Positions 1-8,224 of a stretch of 64,000 nt of DNA are shown here, piece by piece. Under the pieces are notes generated by a model, which worked only from the letters and a program-made list of their open reading frames with translations, was not told where the DNA came from and did no database searches. Both the position numbers and the translations under genes were made by a program. The stretch's first letter is position 1, and every line of letters starts with the position of its first letter. This DNA is from a virus. The stretch lies in the IMG/VR virus record IMGVR_UViG_3300045988_170943, positions 224,001 to 288,000 of that record; one strand, given 5' to 3'.

Positions 1-40
1 CCACTGGGGGAGTGTGTCACTGCCATGAAATCGTCTCTGT

Positions 41-1036
41 GTGGCCTACATGGCTTCTGAGGGGTGGCTCAGGTTCCCAGTGGTGTGCCTGCTGTTGCTT
101 GGTGATGGTCGAGGTGGGGTCGTCTGTCTCCTATGCCTGGTGGTGGCCGATCTTGATGTGGTTAGTCCGGCAAAGTGCCCCTACAGGGTTTGGGTCGGTT
201 ACCAGTACAGGAAGCAAGGTGTCACTATGGCGGTTCTCCCTCCTCCGACGAAGCGTTATCTTTTGGGGCGTCGTCCCACGCATTCGACGACTAAGGTTTT
301 GACGAGCAACTACAGTCAGCCCGAGTCGGGGAGGATAACCGCGGTACTTCAACAGGGCGGCTACTTGTCGGGAGAGGGTAAGCCGACTAGGAGGGCTCTT
401 GATGATGGTTTGGTGGATCAGTGTGGTAGGCACCTGATCTGGAATCTTGATCGTGTGTCGCAGTGTCTTGCGACTCAGGGGTGCGAGGTCGTGCGACGGA
501 GCGTGAATCAGGAGGTTGCGACACCTCGTGGTGGGGGTCCTTCGTGGGTGAACCTGGCTACCATCGGCACCTATTTTAGTGCTTCTGCCCGGCAGGTTGG
601 TTCTTGGTTGTCTGAGGTTGGGTTGCGTGATGCTCAGGGTGGTCCGACGAGGGAGGCTGTTGATCGGGGCTTGGCAAGTGTGGTTCAGATGAGTGCTGGG
701 GGTGACCGGACGAGGCCTGTGACGTTGTGGGACCTGTACCTGACTCAGAGGGTTCTTATGGAGTGTGGACATGAACTGGATTTTGATTATGAGAGCACGT
801 TGAGGGGGACTGGCCGTAATAGTGATGTGACGGTGACTGAGGGGATGGATGCGCGGGTGCGTGAGGTGGCGGGGAGGTTTTTGGCCTTGTTCAGGGATCC
901 TGGCACTCGTTATCAGTGTGTGCGCCTTGTGGGGACGACTCCTAGGCCTGTGCTTCGTGAGGTTGAGCGTTTGCTGGGGCGGGAGCCTGGGTGGCTCACT
1001 GAGGGGCGTTACAAGGAGCACATCAGGTACCGGTAG
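41..1036 (+). CDS. hypothetical protein. The start is uncertain: a GTG at 41 and an ATG at 50 are both possible. Its G/T-ending codon usage matches the downstream GyrB-like gene
   Basis: Open frame of 331 codons with no homolog recognised by eye. A stop at 26-28 means it cannot extend upstream. It shares the unusual GT-rich third-codon positions of the adjacent 1188-3326 gene, which supports it being coding rather than spurious. Confidence 0.35.
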   Translation: MAYMASEGWLRFPVVCLLLLGDGRGGVVCLLCLVVADLDVVSPAKCPYRVWVGYQYRKQGVTMAVLPPPTKRYLLGRRPTHSTTKVLTSNYSQPESGRITAVLQQGGYLSGEGKPTRRALDDGLVDQCGRHLIWNLDRVSQCLATQGCEVVRRSVNQEVATPRGGGPSWVNLATIGTYFSASARQVGSWLSEVGLRDAQGGPTREAVDRGLASVVQMSAGGDRTRPVTLWDLYLTQRVLMECGHELDFDYESTLRGTGRNSDVTVTEGMDARVREVAGRFLALFRDPGTRYQCVRLVGTTPRPVLREVERLLGREPGWLTEGRYKEHIRYR

Positions 1037-1187
1037 GGCTGCTTCCTGACTCGCTGTTGAGGGGGTGGCCCTCCTGGGGTTGCCGAGTATGCGTGTTTGT
1101 GGGTTTTTGCTATGATAGTGTTGGATGCTGGGCTTGTTCTTTCATGTTTGGGCCTGGTTGTATCTTGTTTTCTGTTGCCGATTGTGA

Positions 1188-3326
1188 TTGGTGGTTGTTG
1201 TGGCTGGTTCCCGGTCTTATGATTCGAGTAGTATTCAGGCTTTGTCGCCTCATCAGCACTTGTTGAAGCGTATCTCGTTGACGTTTGGGTCTGAGTCCGG
1301 GGATTCCGGGCACCCGTTTTCCAGCCAGAAGTCAACAGCGATCCGTGAGGTTGTGGATAATGCTGTGGATGAGGTGTCTGCGGGGTTCGGTGACCGGGTG
1401 CGGGTGACGTTCTTTAAGGACGGTAGCGTGCAGGTTGAGGACTCTGGGCGTGGTATCCCTGTGGATTCTTCTCTGGACGCGAATGGTCGCATGGTGTCTG
1501 GGGTGTTCAAGGCCTTGGGGATCATCCAGTCTGGCGGTAAGTTCGGTGGCTCTGGGTTCTCGGCCGGTTTGAATGGGGTTGGGGCTGCGTCAACGAACCA
1601 CTTGTCGCGGCGTATGGATGTGTCGGTGTTCCGTGACGGTAAGTGCCACAGGGTGTCGTTTCGGGATGGGGTGCCGGGTTTCTTTGACGTTGAGGGCGAC
1701 CCGGACGCTGGTTTCACGGAGTTGGGTGACTATGCTCACCTGGAGGTCAGTGAGGACAGGCGGCCCAGGGGCGAGCGTGACCTGTTTCCGACGGGTACGA
1801 CGATCCGCCTGTGGCTGCGTGACGAGGTGTTTCAGTCTCCGTACCCGGTTGATGTGGATGACCTGGTGGAGCGGCTTCGTAGTACCGCCTACCTGATCCC
1901 TGGTATCTGGGTGGAGGTCGTCAATGAGCACCGGCAGGTGAAGGATCCTGAGACCGGGGCGGTGGGGCCTCAGCGTGAAGTGTTTCATTTTGAGGATGGC
2001 CTGGTGGATCTGGCGTCCGCTAACCTGTCGTCAGCCCCGATCTGTGACCCGGTGCACGTGTCCTGTGAGGGCCGGTACATGGAGCGGAACGTACCCGTGG
2101 TGAAGGATGACGGGACTGTGGCTCATGAGGACGTGGAGCGTACCGTACCGGTCGAGGCGGTCATGGTGTGGGGGGACGGTTTCGAGGGGCATGTGGCATC
2201 GTTCGTGAACACGATCCACACGAAACTGGGGGGCGTGCACGAGGATGCTTTCGCTAAGGCGGTAGTGGCGGCCTTCGGTGAGAAACTGGCGTCAGTGCGG
2301 GGACTGATGACCCGAAAGGACTCCTTGCCGATTTGGGAGGACTACCTGGAGGGCCTGTCGCTGGTCCTGTCGGTGAGGGTTTCTGAGCCGTCTTTCACGT
2401 CGCAGACGAAGGAGCAACTGGGGGGCACTGCTGTGCGTAAGGCCATCCAGGAGGCTGCGACCGAGGCACTGGCGGCATGGGTGGGGCAGCGCGCTAACAG
2501 TGAGGCCGTGCAGATCATTGGCCGTAAGGTCGTGGAGGCCGCTAGGGCCAGGGTTCGGGCGAAGGAGCGTCGGGATGCTGCCCGCACGAAGTCGCAGATC
2601 AGTGGCCTGTCCCTGCCGTCGAAACTGGTGGACTGTGAACTGGCCGGTACCGATGAGGCATCACTGTACATCTGTGAGGGTAACTCGGCCCTGTCCTCCC
2701 TGAAGGCCGCCAGGGATGGTCGTGTGGACGCTATCTTGCCGATCCGGGGGAAGATCATTGAGGCGTCCTCGAACAGCATGTCGAAGGTGCTGGCGAACAG
2801 TGAGGTGCAAGACATCATCAAGACTCTGGGCGCGGGGTACGGGGATGACTTCGACATTGACCGGATGAGGTACGCGCGTGTCCTCATCGCGGTGGACGCT
2901 GACCCTGACGGTAACAGCATCGCCTGCCTGATCTACTCTCTGTTCTGGCATCTTTTCCGTCCTGTTGTGGAGGAGGGGCGCCTGTTCAAGATTGAGACCC
3001 CACTGTTCTCTATCGCCACCCGTGAGGGGCGCAACTCCCGTAAGGTGTACGCTCGTGACGATGCGGAGCGGGATGAGCGGATGCGTGAACTCGATGAGGC
3101 GGGTGTGAAGTATGATGTGTCACGCCTCAAGGGGCTCGGTGAGGTTGAGGCCGACATCCTTGAAGAGACTGCTATCGACCCCGCCACGAGGGTGCTCACA
3201 CAGATAACCCTCCCGGACATTGGTGCGGCCGAGTCTGCTCTGAGTCTCCTGTTCGGTAAGAGCCAGACGGATGCTCGTAAGGAGTGGATGACAGGTGAGC
3301 GGGTTGACGAGGAGGACCTGATCTAA
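1188..3326 (+). CDS. DNA topoisomerase (ATP-hydrolysing) subunit B-like protein of the GyrB/ParE family, with a GHKL ATPase and a Toprim domain
   Basis: The N-terminus SYDSSSIQAL...IREVVDNAVDEVSAGFGDRVRVTFFKDGSVQVEDSGRGIPVD matches the GyrB Bergerat-fold motifs (YDASSIKVL / EVVDNSIDEALAG / DNGRGIP). The C-terminal half carries Toprim motifs EGNSALSS, PIRGKIIEA and LIAVDADPDGNSI. The start is a TTG/GTG at 1188-1191. Confidence 0.85.
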   Translation: MVVVVAGSRSYDSSSIQALSPHQHLLKRISLTFGSESGDSGHPFSSQKSTAIREVVDNAVDEVSAGFGDRVRVTFFKDGSVQVEDSGRGIPVDSSLDANGRMVSGVFKALGIIQSGGKFGGSGFSAGLNGVGAASTNHLSRRMDVSVFRDGKCHRVSFRDGVPGFFDVEGDPDAGFTELGDYAHLEVSEDRRPRGERDLFPTGTTIRLWLRDEVFQSPYPVDVDDLVERLRSTAYLIPGIWVEVVNEHRQVKDPETGAVGPQREVFHFEDGLVDLASANLSSAPICDPVHVSCEGRYMERNVPVVKDDGTVAHEDVERTVPVEAVMVWGDGFEGHVASFVNTIHTKLGGVHEDAFAKAVVAAFGEKLASVRGLMTRKDSLPIWEDYLEGLSLVLSVRVSEPSFTSQTKEQLGGTAVRKAIQEAATEALAAWVGQRANSEAVQIIGRKVVEAARARVRAKERRDAARTKSQISGLSLPSKLVDCELAGTDEASLYICEGNSALSSLKAARDGRVDAILPIRGKIIEASSNSMSKVLANSEVQDIIKTLGAGYGDDFDIDRMRYARVLIAVDADPDGNSIACLIYSLFWHLFRPVVEEGRLFKIETPLFSIATREGRNSRKVYARDDAERDERMRELDEAGVKYDVSRLKGLGEVEADILEETAIDPATRVLTQITLPDIGAAESALSLLFGKSQTDARKEWMTGERVDEEDLI

Positions 3327-3347
3327 ACCGCCCACCCCCCCTGGGCG

Positions 3348-3393
3348 ACTCCCACCGGTCGAAACAATCGGTGGGAGTTTTGTTGTCTTTTTC
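3348..3393 (+). terminator. rho-independent terminator after the GyrB-like gene
   Basis: Stem actcccaccg / cggtgggagt with an 11-nt loop, followed by tttgttgtctttttc. Confidence 0.6.
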
Positions 3394-3578
3394 ACTCTTC
3401 CGCGGGTTCTGATGTGGCCATTTCTTCATGCGGACCAGAGTGTAATAGGCGCCGCTCTGAGGTCACACAGGGTGATGTTGTTTAGATAACCAAGAGAATC
3501 AATATTTAACTCGGTTAGAACCTGATTAACCACGTTTCCCCTGCAATCTTTCTGTCTTCATTCTTTAGGGCGGTCCCC

Positions 3579-4901
3579 ATGTACTGGCACATCAACACCA
3601 ACAAGGGCAACATTGTGGAGCCATGCGGCCGAACAACTGGCAGGTGCCATTTCATTGAGCACTACCCATCCGAGGAGGAAGCCAGAATCGCGTCTGCTGC
3701 TATGAGACGCAAGAATGACTGGAAGACCCTCATGGCCCAGTACAAGCGCGCCGAGAGGGCGTCAGAGAGACGCATGGTGGTGCCAACGAACCGGTACAAC
3801 CCGTTCCTAGATGACGGAATGGTCGGTGCGTGGCGGAAACTGGATGCGCTGGAAGCAGAAGGATTCTCACCCCAGTGGCAGTCATACAGGATCCCGATCA
3901 TCTACCCCGGCTGGGAGAAGGACGACAAGATCCTCTACCTTGAGCGCACCCCGTACACAGACACGGCGGACGGGACCGTGGAGAACAAGTACAGGATCGT
4001 CGCCTATGACAAACTACACGAGGAGGAGATGACGGTAGACGTGGATCCTTTCGACTTCGAGGAGACACTGAAACTTCAGATGAACTCCTCTGGCCTGTCA
4101 CGCCGCCATGACGCACCCCCTGAGGAGCAGGAGGCGGCACGTAGAGCGGCTGCGAACGCCATCATAGACGCCCGGTTGCAGGCGGAAGACCAGGTGTGCA
4201 CGGACTTCTCCGGCTACTGCGCACCCAGTGATAGTGTGGAGCGTGAACTCTACGAGAACAGGCTCCCAAGCAACCACTACTATATTGGCGACAACCCGAG
4301 CCACTACCCGTACAACCATGGGGACGTGGCCATGTCGTTCTTCCGCCACCCTGACCCGTTCAGGGTGGGTGACTTCAACCTGGCGAACACGCTAGCACGC
4401 CCTAGCCTGCTCCGACGGTTCATGCTCACTGACGACCAGGCGTCCAACGTCGGGTTTGGGACTCGCCCACGCATAGGGTTCTCCTGGACGAACGACGAGG
4501 CGGGCACGTCGAAGGCCAGTTGGACCTTGAAGTACGCGCCACCGTTCCGTCAGGGCAGCCAGACACCGTGGTCAATGATTACCAGGGAGGCTGACGGTAC
4601 CGTGAAGGAGACACCGATCACTGACCCTGAGGACGCCGCAATGCGTCTGGCCGTGTTCAATCGGGACCACATGCCTCATGGGGCCGGTGTCAACACTGAG
4701 GATCATGTGAGACAGTGGGTGAAGTCAACTATCCGTGAGATTGACGAGATCGCTGAGGAGGCGAGGGTTCTGCGCGAGAGGAACACCGCCAGGCACAGCG
4801 CCAGCCTGGAGGAGGAGTACGGCCTTGGTAGCAGTGGTGGCGAAGCGGGCAGTAAGCGCGGGAGAGGGTTCCTGGGCAGGGTGCGATCCCTCATGGGGTG
4901 A
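3579..4901 (+). CDS. hypothetical protein with an N-terminal Cys/His mini-module (WH..T.KG...PCG..T...C...HF..EEEA), paralogous at its N-terminus to the 12192 protein
   Basis: ATG start preceded by a short AT-richer spacer. C-ending codon usage typical of the rest of the element. The N-terminal 40 aa align with the N-terminus of ORF 12192-12761. Confidence 0.55.
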   Translation: MYWHINTNKGNIVEPCGRTTGRCHFIEHYPSEEEARIASAAMRRKNDWKTLMAQYKRAERASERRMVVPTNRYNPFLDDGMVGAWRKLDALEAEGFSPQWQSYRIPIIYPGWEKDDKILYLERTPYTDTADGTVENKYRIVAYDKLHEEEMTVDVDPFDFEETLKLQMNSSGLSRRHDAPPEEQEAARRAAANAIIDARLQAEDQVCTDFSGYCAPSDSVERELYENRLPSNHYYIGDNPSHYPYNHGDVAMSFFRHPDPFRVGDFNLANTLARPSLLRRFMLTDDQASNVGFGTRPRIGFSWTNDEAGTSKASWTLKYAPPFRQGSQTPWSMITREADGTVKETPITDPEDAAMRLAVFNRDHMPHGAGVNTEDHVRQWVKSTIREIDEIAEEARVLRERNTARHSASLEEEYGLGSSGGEAGSKRGRGFLGRVRSLMG

Positions 4902-5248
4902 CCCTGCTGCGAGTCATTGCTGGTCGCTGATGATCCTTCGTACTCCTGCCGTTTCACTTCAGGTGGCGGCATTGTTGCGCACATTTTTGGTGGGTGTGTC
5001 GCTCATTTTTGGGGGTGGCGGCAGTGGGGTTGGTACCCTCATGGGTGTGTGTAGAGCGTGGCTGCGTGATTGAGTGCGTTAGATAGGGTTGTGTTGGTGG
5101 GCCTGGGTGTGGTACCCTTTCCCCCAGCAACCACAAGGTCACAGCATGGTCACATAGTGTGATATACTATGCGCGACCACACGGTAGATTAACACGGTTA
5201 AAGTATTAGAAAACGTTAGGCCAAAAGGGAAAGAGGGGCAACACGCAA

Positions 5249-7792
5249 GTGAAACTCAACGTTGATGGTGACATGATCCCCTCCCTTGAGAGTACCTACT
5301 GGTCCACCCCGGAGTGCCCCGTCCCCGAGAAACACTCGTCACGAGAAGCCCGAGCAGTGTTCGCCAGCCTGATGCCTGAAGGGGCTACCGGATACTTCCC
5401 CACCAAGGACAAGAAACCAGTTGAGGATCACTGGGACCCGGCCCCCTTCCTTCAGGAACCCAAGGGCGGTGACAAAGAGAACCCCGGCAGGTGGTACCTC
5501 TTTGAGGACGGCAAGTGGGAGGACGGCACCAACTACACGTACGCGGTCTACATCACACCTGGCAGCAACATCTGCGTCTTCGATCTCGACCCCCCCAGAG
5601 ACCTGACAGGAAACCCGGACATGAAGTACCGGGTAGTAGAAAAAATGCGCGACAGGTTCTCCAAGATGCTGAAGACCGACCTGTCCGAGACAACGACCGT
5701 GCGCACCCCAAGCGGAGGGATGCACCTCACCGTCGAACTCCCCAAAAGGTTCACCCCATCCCCCAACACCAGCACCCACAGGGCCCCAGGAAAAGGGTTC
5801 CCCATCAAAACACTCGCCAAGTACAACCGGCACTTCGAGAAGATCACAGGCATCAACCCCCACCTGAACGGCGACATCCGCTCCGCCCACTCCAAAGGGT
5901 ACGTGAACGGCCCAACCCGACTCTGGGACTGGGAGAACCCCGCACGTAACTACACGGCCGGGAAGAACGCCTACTTCCTAATGAACCGCAAGAAGCCACT
6001 CAAGTTGTCGGTGAAGGCGTGCCAGATCCTCAGGGACGGAGCCTACCTGGAGTACAAGCAAGCCAGCAAAAGAGACCGCAAAAAAAGAGCAGAGTCAGAA
6101 AAGCGACGTAACGCCAAGCACGAGCAAGGCGACCGTGACCGGCGGCCACTAGGCTACTGGCTCAACAAACACCTAGACAACACCAAGCACCTTGAAGCCG
6201 ACTACAAGAACCTCTTCGGTGGCGACAGTTACGCCAGCACCCTCCTGAATGAAGCCCCAGGCGTTGAGGTCCTAGACATCCTCGCCAAGCAGATCACCCA
6301 GTTCTATGAGGGCGAGGACACCCTAGAGACGTTCCACGGGTGGCGATCCATCATCACCCAGTCCATGGCCTGCCACTACAGCAACAAGCAGATCATGGGA
6401 GCATGCATCGCCCTGAGAGCAGATAGGGACACGCACCGTGGAAGCCGCATCAGCACCAAGGAACTGCGACAGGACATCAGGAAGGTGCTGTGGAAGGCCA
6501 AAAAGCGTGAGGGCGGCATATTCCACGGGCCAGCCTGCCCAGAGAGCATCCTCCGCAACACCAAGATGGCCGGTAAACCCAAGCCCCAGGACCGCATTGA
6601 CGCCACCGGTGACAAAGGGCAGGCGGAACTTGACGCATTCCTGAAGTACCGGAGAGACAAGATCCTTGAAGGCACATGGGGTCGTCGTGGCGCCGGTTTC
6701 ACCTCCTTCTACAACCCCAGGGTCATTGACATCGTGAAGGCATCCGATGCGCTCATGTCCCCACGTGGCGGCATGTTCACCCAGAAGTACCGTGACGCGA
6801 TGGGCATCCTTGACGCTATCGCCCAGCCCTTGTGCAACGTCGGCGACCACATGTTCCCCATGGCATACAACTTCACTGCCGGGATGCTGAAACTTGACGG
6901 CCCTAACGCCCACGACCGGGTAAAGGAAGCCCTCAGGTACCTCAGGGACCAGAAGGTGCTGGAGGTCACCAACAAGCAATACGAGGGGCTGGCCGCTACA
7001 TACACGGTCGCGGACGAGTTCATCAACGACACTCTCACCAGGGCACTTAAGTCATCATGGCGCAACCAGTTACCTGACGCCAACAATGAGCGGGAGCCAC
7101 TATTCTTCGACCGCCGGTCCGGTGAGTTCCGCCAGGTGTTCACAGGCGCTATCGTCACCAGCAAGTTCAACTACAACAAAGAGGTCCAGGAGATCATCAA
7201 CTGCGTGAACCTGGACTACACCGACCCCAGCCTGGTTGGGCCTGCTACCGCGATCCGGTACCTGAAAGATGAGCGCATGACCCGTGGCGTCATGCTCGCC
7301 GAGGACAACACCACCTTGTACAACGAGGCTACTGGCGAAGTCGTGGAGCAAGTCCCGTGCGTGACAACCCATGGGGCCGCCGCCCAGGTCATGGGTGTGG
7401 CATGGGCAAGGCCCGTTGACTTTGTGAGCGACCTGGAACAGATCTGGGCGGACTGCCCAGCACCTGAGGAGATCGCATACGACGAGTTCAACGACCCGGA
7501 CCATGCGCTGGAGGTTGACGAGCGGTGGCAGCCCGACGCGATGGAACCCGACCCTGTGGCAGACTCAGCGCCCGCACGATTCATAGGGCCACCGGGCACT
7601 CCTTACACCTCTCCCAGTAATGATGGCTGGACCAAGGGTGGGGTTGACAGCGTGTGCTACAATGGTTACGGAAGCGTCAATAAAGATAACAATAAAGATA
7701 AACAGGCGCTTCACTACCACCACATGACTGAGGAGATAGAATGCCTAAGAAGCGGAAGTCGCGTAAGCGCAATGGCAGGGGCGCCACTTTAG
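5249..7792 (+). CDS. archaeo-eukaryotic primase (AEP) superfamily prim-pol domain protein; putative replicative primase-polymerase
   Basis: N-terminal prim-pol motifs in the canonical order: motif I ICVFDLDPP (DxD), motif II RTPSGGMHLTV (SGG.H), motif III GDIRSAHSKGYVNGP. The 847-aa product has no Walker A. The start is a GTG at 5249, with an alternative ATG at 5273. Confidence 0.6.
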   Translation: MKLNVDGDMIPSLESTYWSTPECPVPEKHSSREARAVFASLMPEGATGYFPTKDKKPVEDHWDPAPFLQEPKGGDKENPGRWYLFEDGKWEDGTNYTYAVYITPGSNICVFDLDPPRDLTGNPDMKYRVVEKMRDRFSKMLKTDLSETTTVRTPSGGMHLTVELPKRFTPSPNTSTHRAPGKGFPIKTLAKYNRHFEKITGINPHLNGDIRSAHSKGYVNGPTRLWDWENPARNYTAGKNAYFLMNRKKPLKLSVKACQILRDGAYLEYKQASKRDRKKRAESEKRRNAKHEQGDRDRRPLGYWLNKHLDNTKHLEADYKNLFGGDSYASTLLNEAPGVEVLDILAKQITQFYEGEDTLETFHGWRSIITQSMACHYSNKQIMGACIALRADRDTHRGSRISTKELRQDIRKVLWKAKKREGGIFHGPACPESILRNTKMAGKPKPQDRIDATGDKGQAELDAFLKYRRDKILEGTWGRRGAGFTSFYNPRVIDIVKASDALMSPRGGMFTQKYRDAMGILDAIAQPLCNVGDHMFPMAYNFTAGMLKLDGPNAHDRVKEALRYLRDQKVLEVTNKQYEGLAATYTVADEFINDTLTRALKSSWRNQLPDANNEREPLFFDRRSGEFRQVFTGAIVTSKFNYNKEVQEIINCVNLDYTDPSLVGPATAIRYLKDERMTRGVMLAEDNTTLYNEATGEVVEQVPCVTTHGAAAQVMGVAWARPVDFVSDLEQIWADCPAPEEIAYDEFNDPDHALEVDERWQPDAMEPDPVADSAPARFIGPPGTPYTSPSNDGWTKGGVDSVCYNGYGSVNKDNNKDKQALHYHHMTEEIECLRSGSRVSAMAGAPL

Positions 7793-7998
7793 GTTCTGAC
7801 TGGAGAACCCGCCACCTGGTGACAGACCAGAACCCACTGTATGTGCGTGACGAGAAGGCCGCAGAGGAACTTCGTGCCTTTTTCGCGTCCGGGGCTGTCA
7901 GGATGATAGGTGGCGACGGGCTCTTCTCCGACATGGAGGACCATTACGGGTACGACTGGCGTGACAGCGTAGACGAGATGGGCGACCCAGAGGACTAG
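7741..7998 (+). CDS. small hypothetical protein with a basic N-terminus and an acidic C-terminus
   Basis: ATG preceded by gaggagatagaATG, a strong RBS. It overlaps the 3' end of the prim-pol gene in a different frame. Confidence 0.35.
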   Translation: MPKKRKSRKRNGRGATLGSDWRTRHLVTDQNPLYVRDEKAAEELRAFFASGAVRMIGGDGLFSDMEDHYGYDWRDSVDEMGDPED

Positions 7999-8224
7999 AC
8001 CCGCCCCCTGAACCCTGAGATCAGATACGCCCTCCCTTGGGTGAGGCGGCACACACCCTAGTGCGAGTGCGAAACCACTTGGACGCGACATGCCCCATAC
8101 AGGGAATGTGATCATCACAACAAGGGGTGACCCCTCATAGTTTGTGCCCACTAGATTAATCCGTGCTAACATACGTGACCGTATAGGCCCCGCCCGTTTG
8201 CGTGCGCGGGGCGGGAATCTAGAA

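Noticed and set aside
131-1021. 296-aa minus-strand ORF overlapping ORF 41-1036. Many similar long minus-strand ORFs were seen (e.g. 6323-6979, 9188-9877, 31811-32755, 44208-44918, 51196-52101, 56899-57702).
   Set aside because: They are Pro/Arg/Gly-rich low-complexity translations lying antisense to strong + strand genes with clear motifs. They are typical shadow ORFs of high-GC DNA, and none has an RBS or recognisable motif.
3579-7792. I searched ORFs 3579 and 5249 for GyrA/ParC motifs (catalytic Tyr box, RDGLKP region) as the expected partner of the GyrB-like gene.
   Set aside because: No such motifs were found. ORF 5249 instead carries AEP prim-pol motifs.
8144-8224. TTG-initiated N-terminal extension of the GHKL ATPase ORF (MPTRLIRANIRDRIGPARLRARGGNLE).
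   Set aside because: It has no RBS. Downstream ATGs at 8225 and 8240 have better context, and the extension would overlap the promoter-like motif at 8134-8160.
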